A stretch of 63,432 bases of DNA, filler included. It is 7 parts of 7 records of this genome, joined end to end, with 100 filler letters (N's around TTAATTAATTAA, not from the genome) between each part and the next. Parts side by side here need not be neighbours in the genome. Positions count along the whole stretch, not along the records: positions 60,259 to 63,432 come from SRR20825010_5510; 6 more parts are not named here. One strand, 5' to 3'. Numbering within the stretch: position 1 is the first letter of the stretch; the number at the start of each line of letters is the position of its first letter. Shown one piece after another: positions 63,432 to 63,432 of the stretch. A model generated the notes under the pieces. That model did not search any database, was not told where the DNA came from, and was given only the letters and a program-made list of their open reading frames with translations. The position numbers were made by a program, and so were the translations under genes.

Positions 63432-63432
63432 G

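Overview
This window is not one locus. It is seven unrelated contigs joined by identical 100-nt artificial spacers (44 N + TTAATTAATTAA + 44 N). (1) 1-13906: Bacteroidota, probably Cytophagales; metabolic genes, an MNT-HEPN toxin-antitoxin pair and a two-component system. (2) 14007-39746: Marinobacter-like gammaproteobacterial core block (tRNA-fMet fragment, rnhB-lpxB-lpxA-fabZ-lpxD-skp-bamA-rseP-dxr-cdsA-uppS-frr-pyrH-tsf-rpsB, then map-glnD-dapC-yffB-dapD-dapE, slyX), followed by a membrane-anchored cold-shock protein and a half-length ClpV/ClpB-like ATPase. (3) 39847-47885: Flavobacteriaceae-like; an integrative mobilizable element beside a tRNA-Met, with integrase, relaxase, MobC, candidate oriT and unannotated cargo including a solo HEPN-motif protein and an RNA-polymerase alpha-CTD-like protein, next to a decayed serine-hydrolase gene. 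(4) 47986-51543: rhizobial MlaEFD plus PqiC-like lipoprotein. (5) 51644-54736: alphaproteobacterial Lrp fragment, M48 peptidase and YjgN. (6) 54837-60158: acs, stand-alone receiver, small membrane protein, SLC5-STAC histidine kinase, TauE. (7) 60259-63432: ppdK fragment, DegT aminotransferase, hydrolase, smc end. The best candidates for something undescribed are the contig-3 cargo, the half-Clp ATPase and the output-less SLC5-STAC kinase module. All calls are from motif recognition by eye, taxonomic labels are inferences, and no searches were run.
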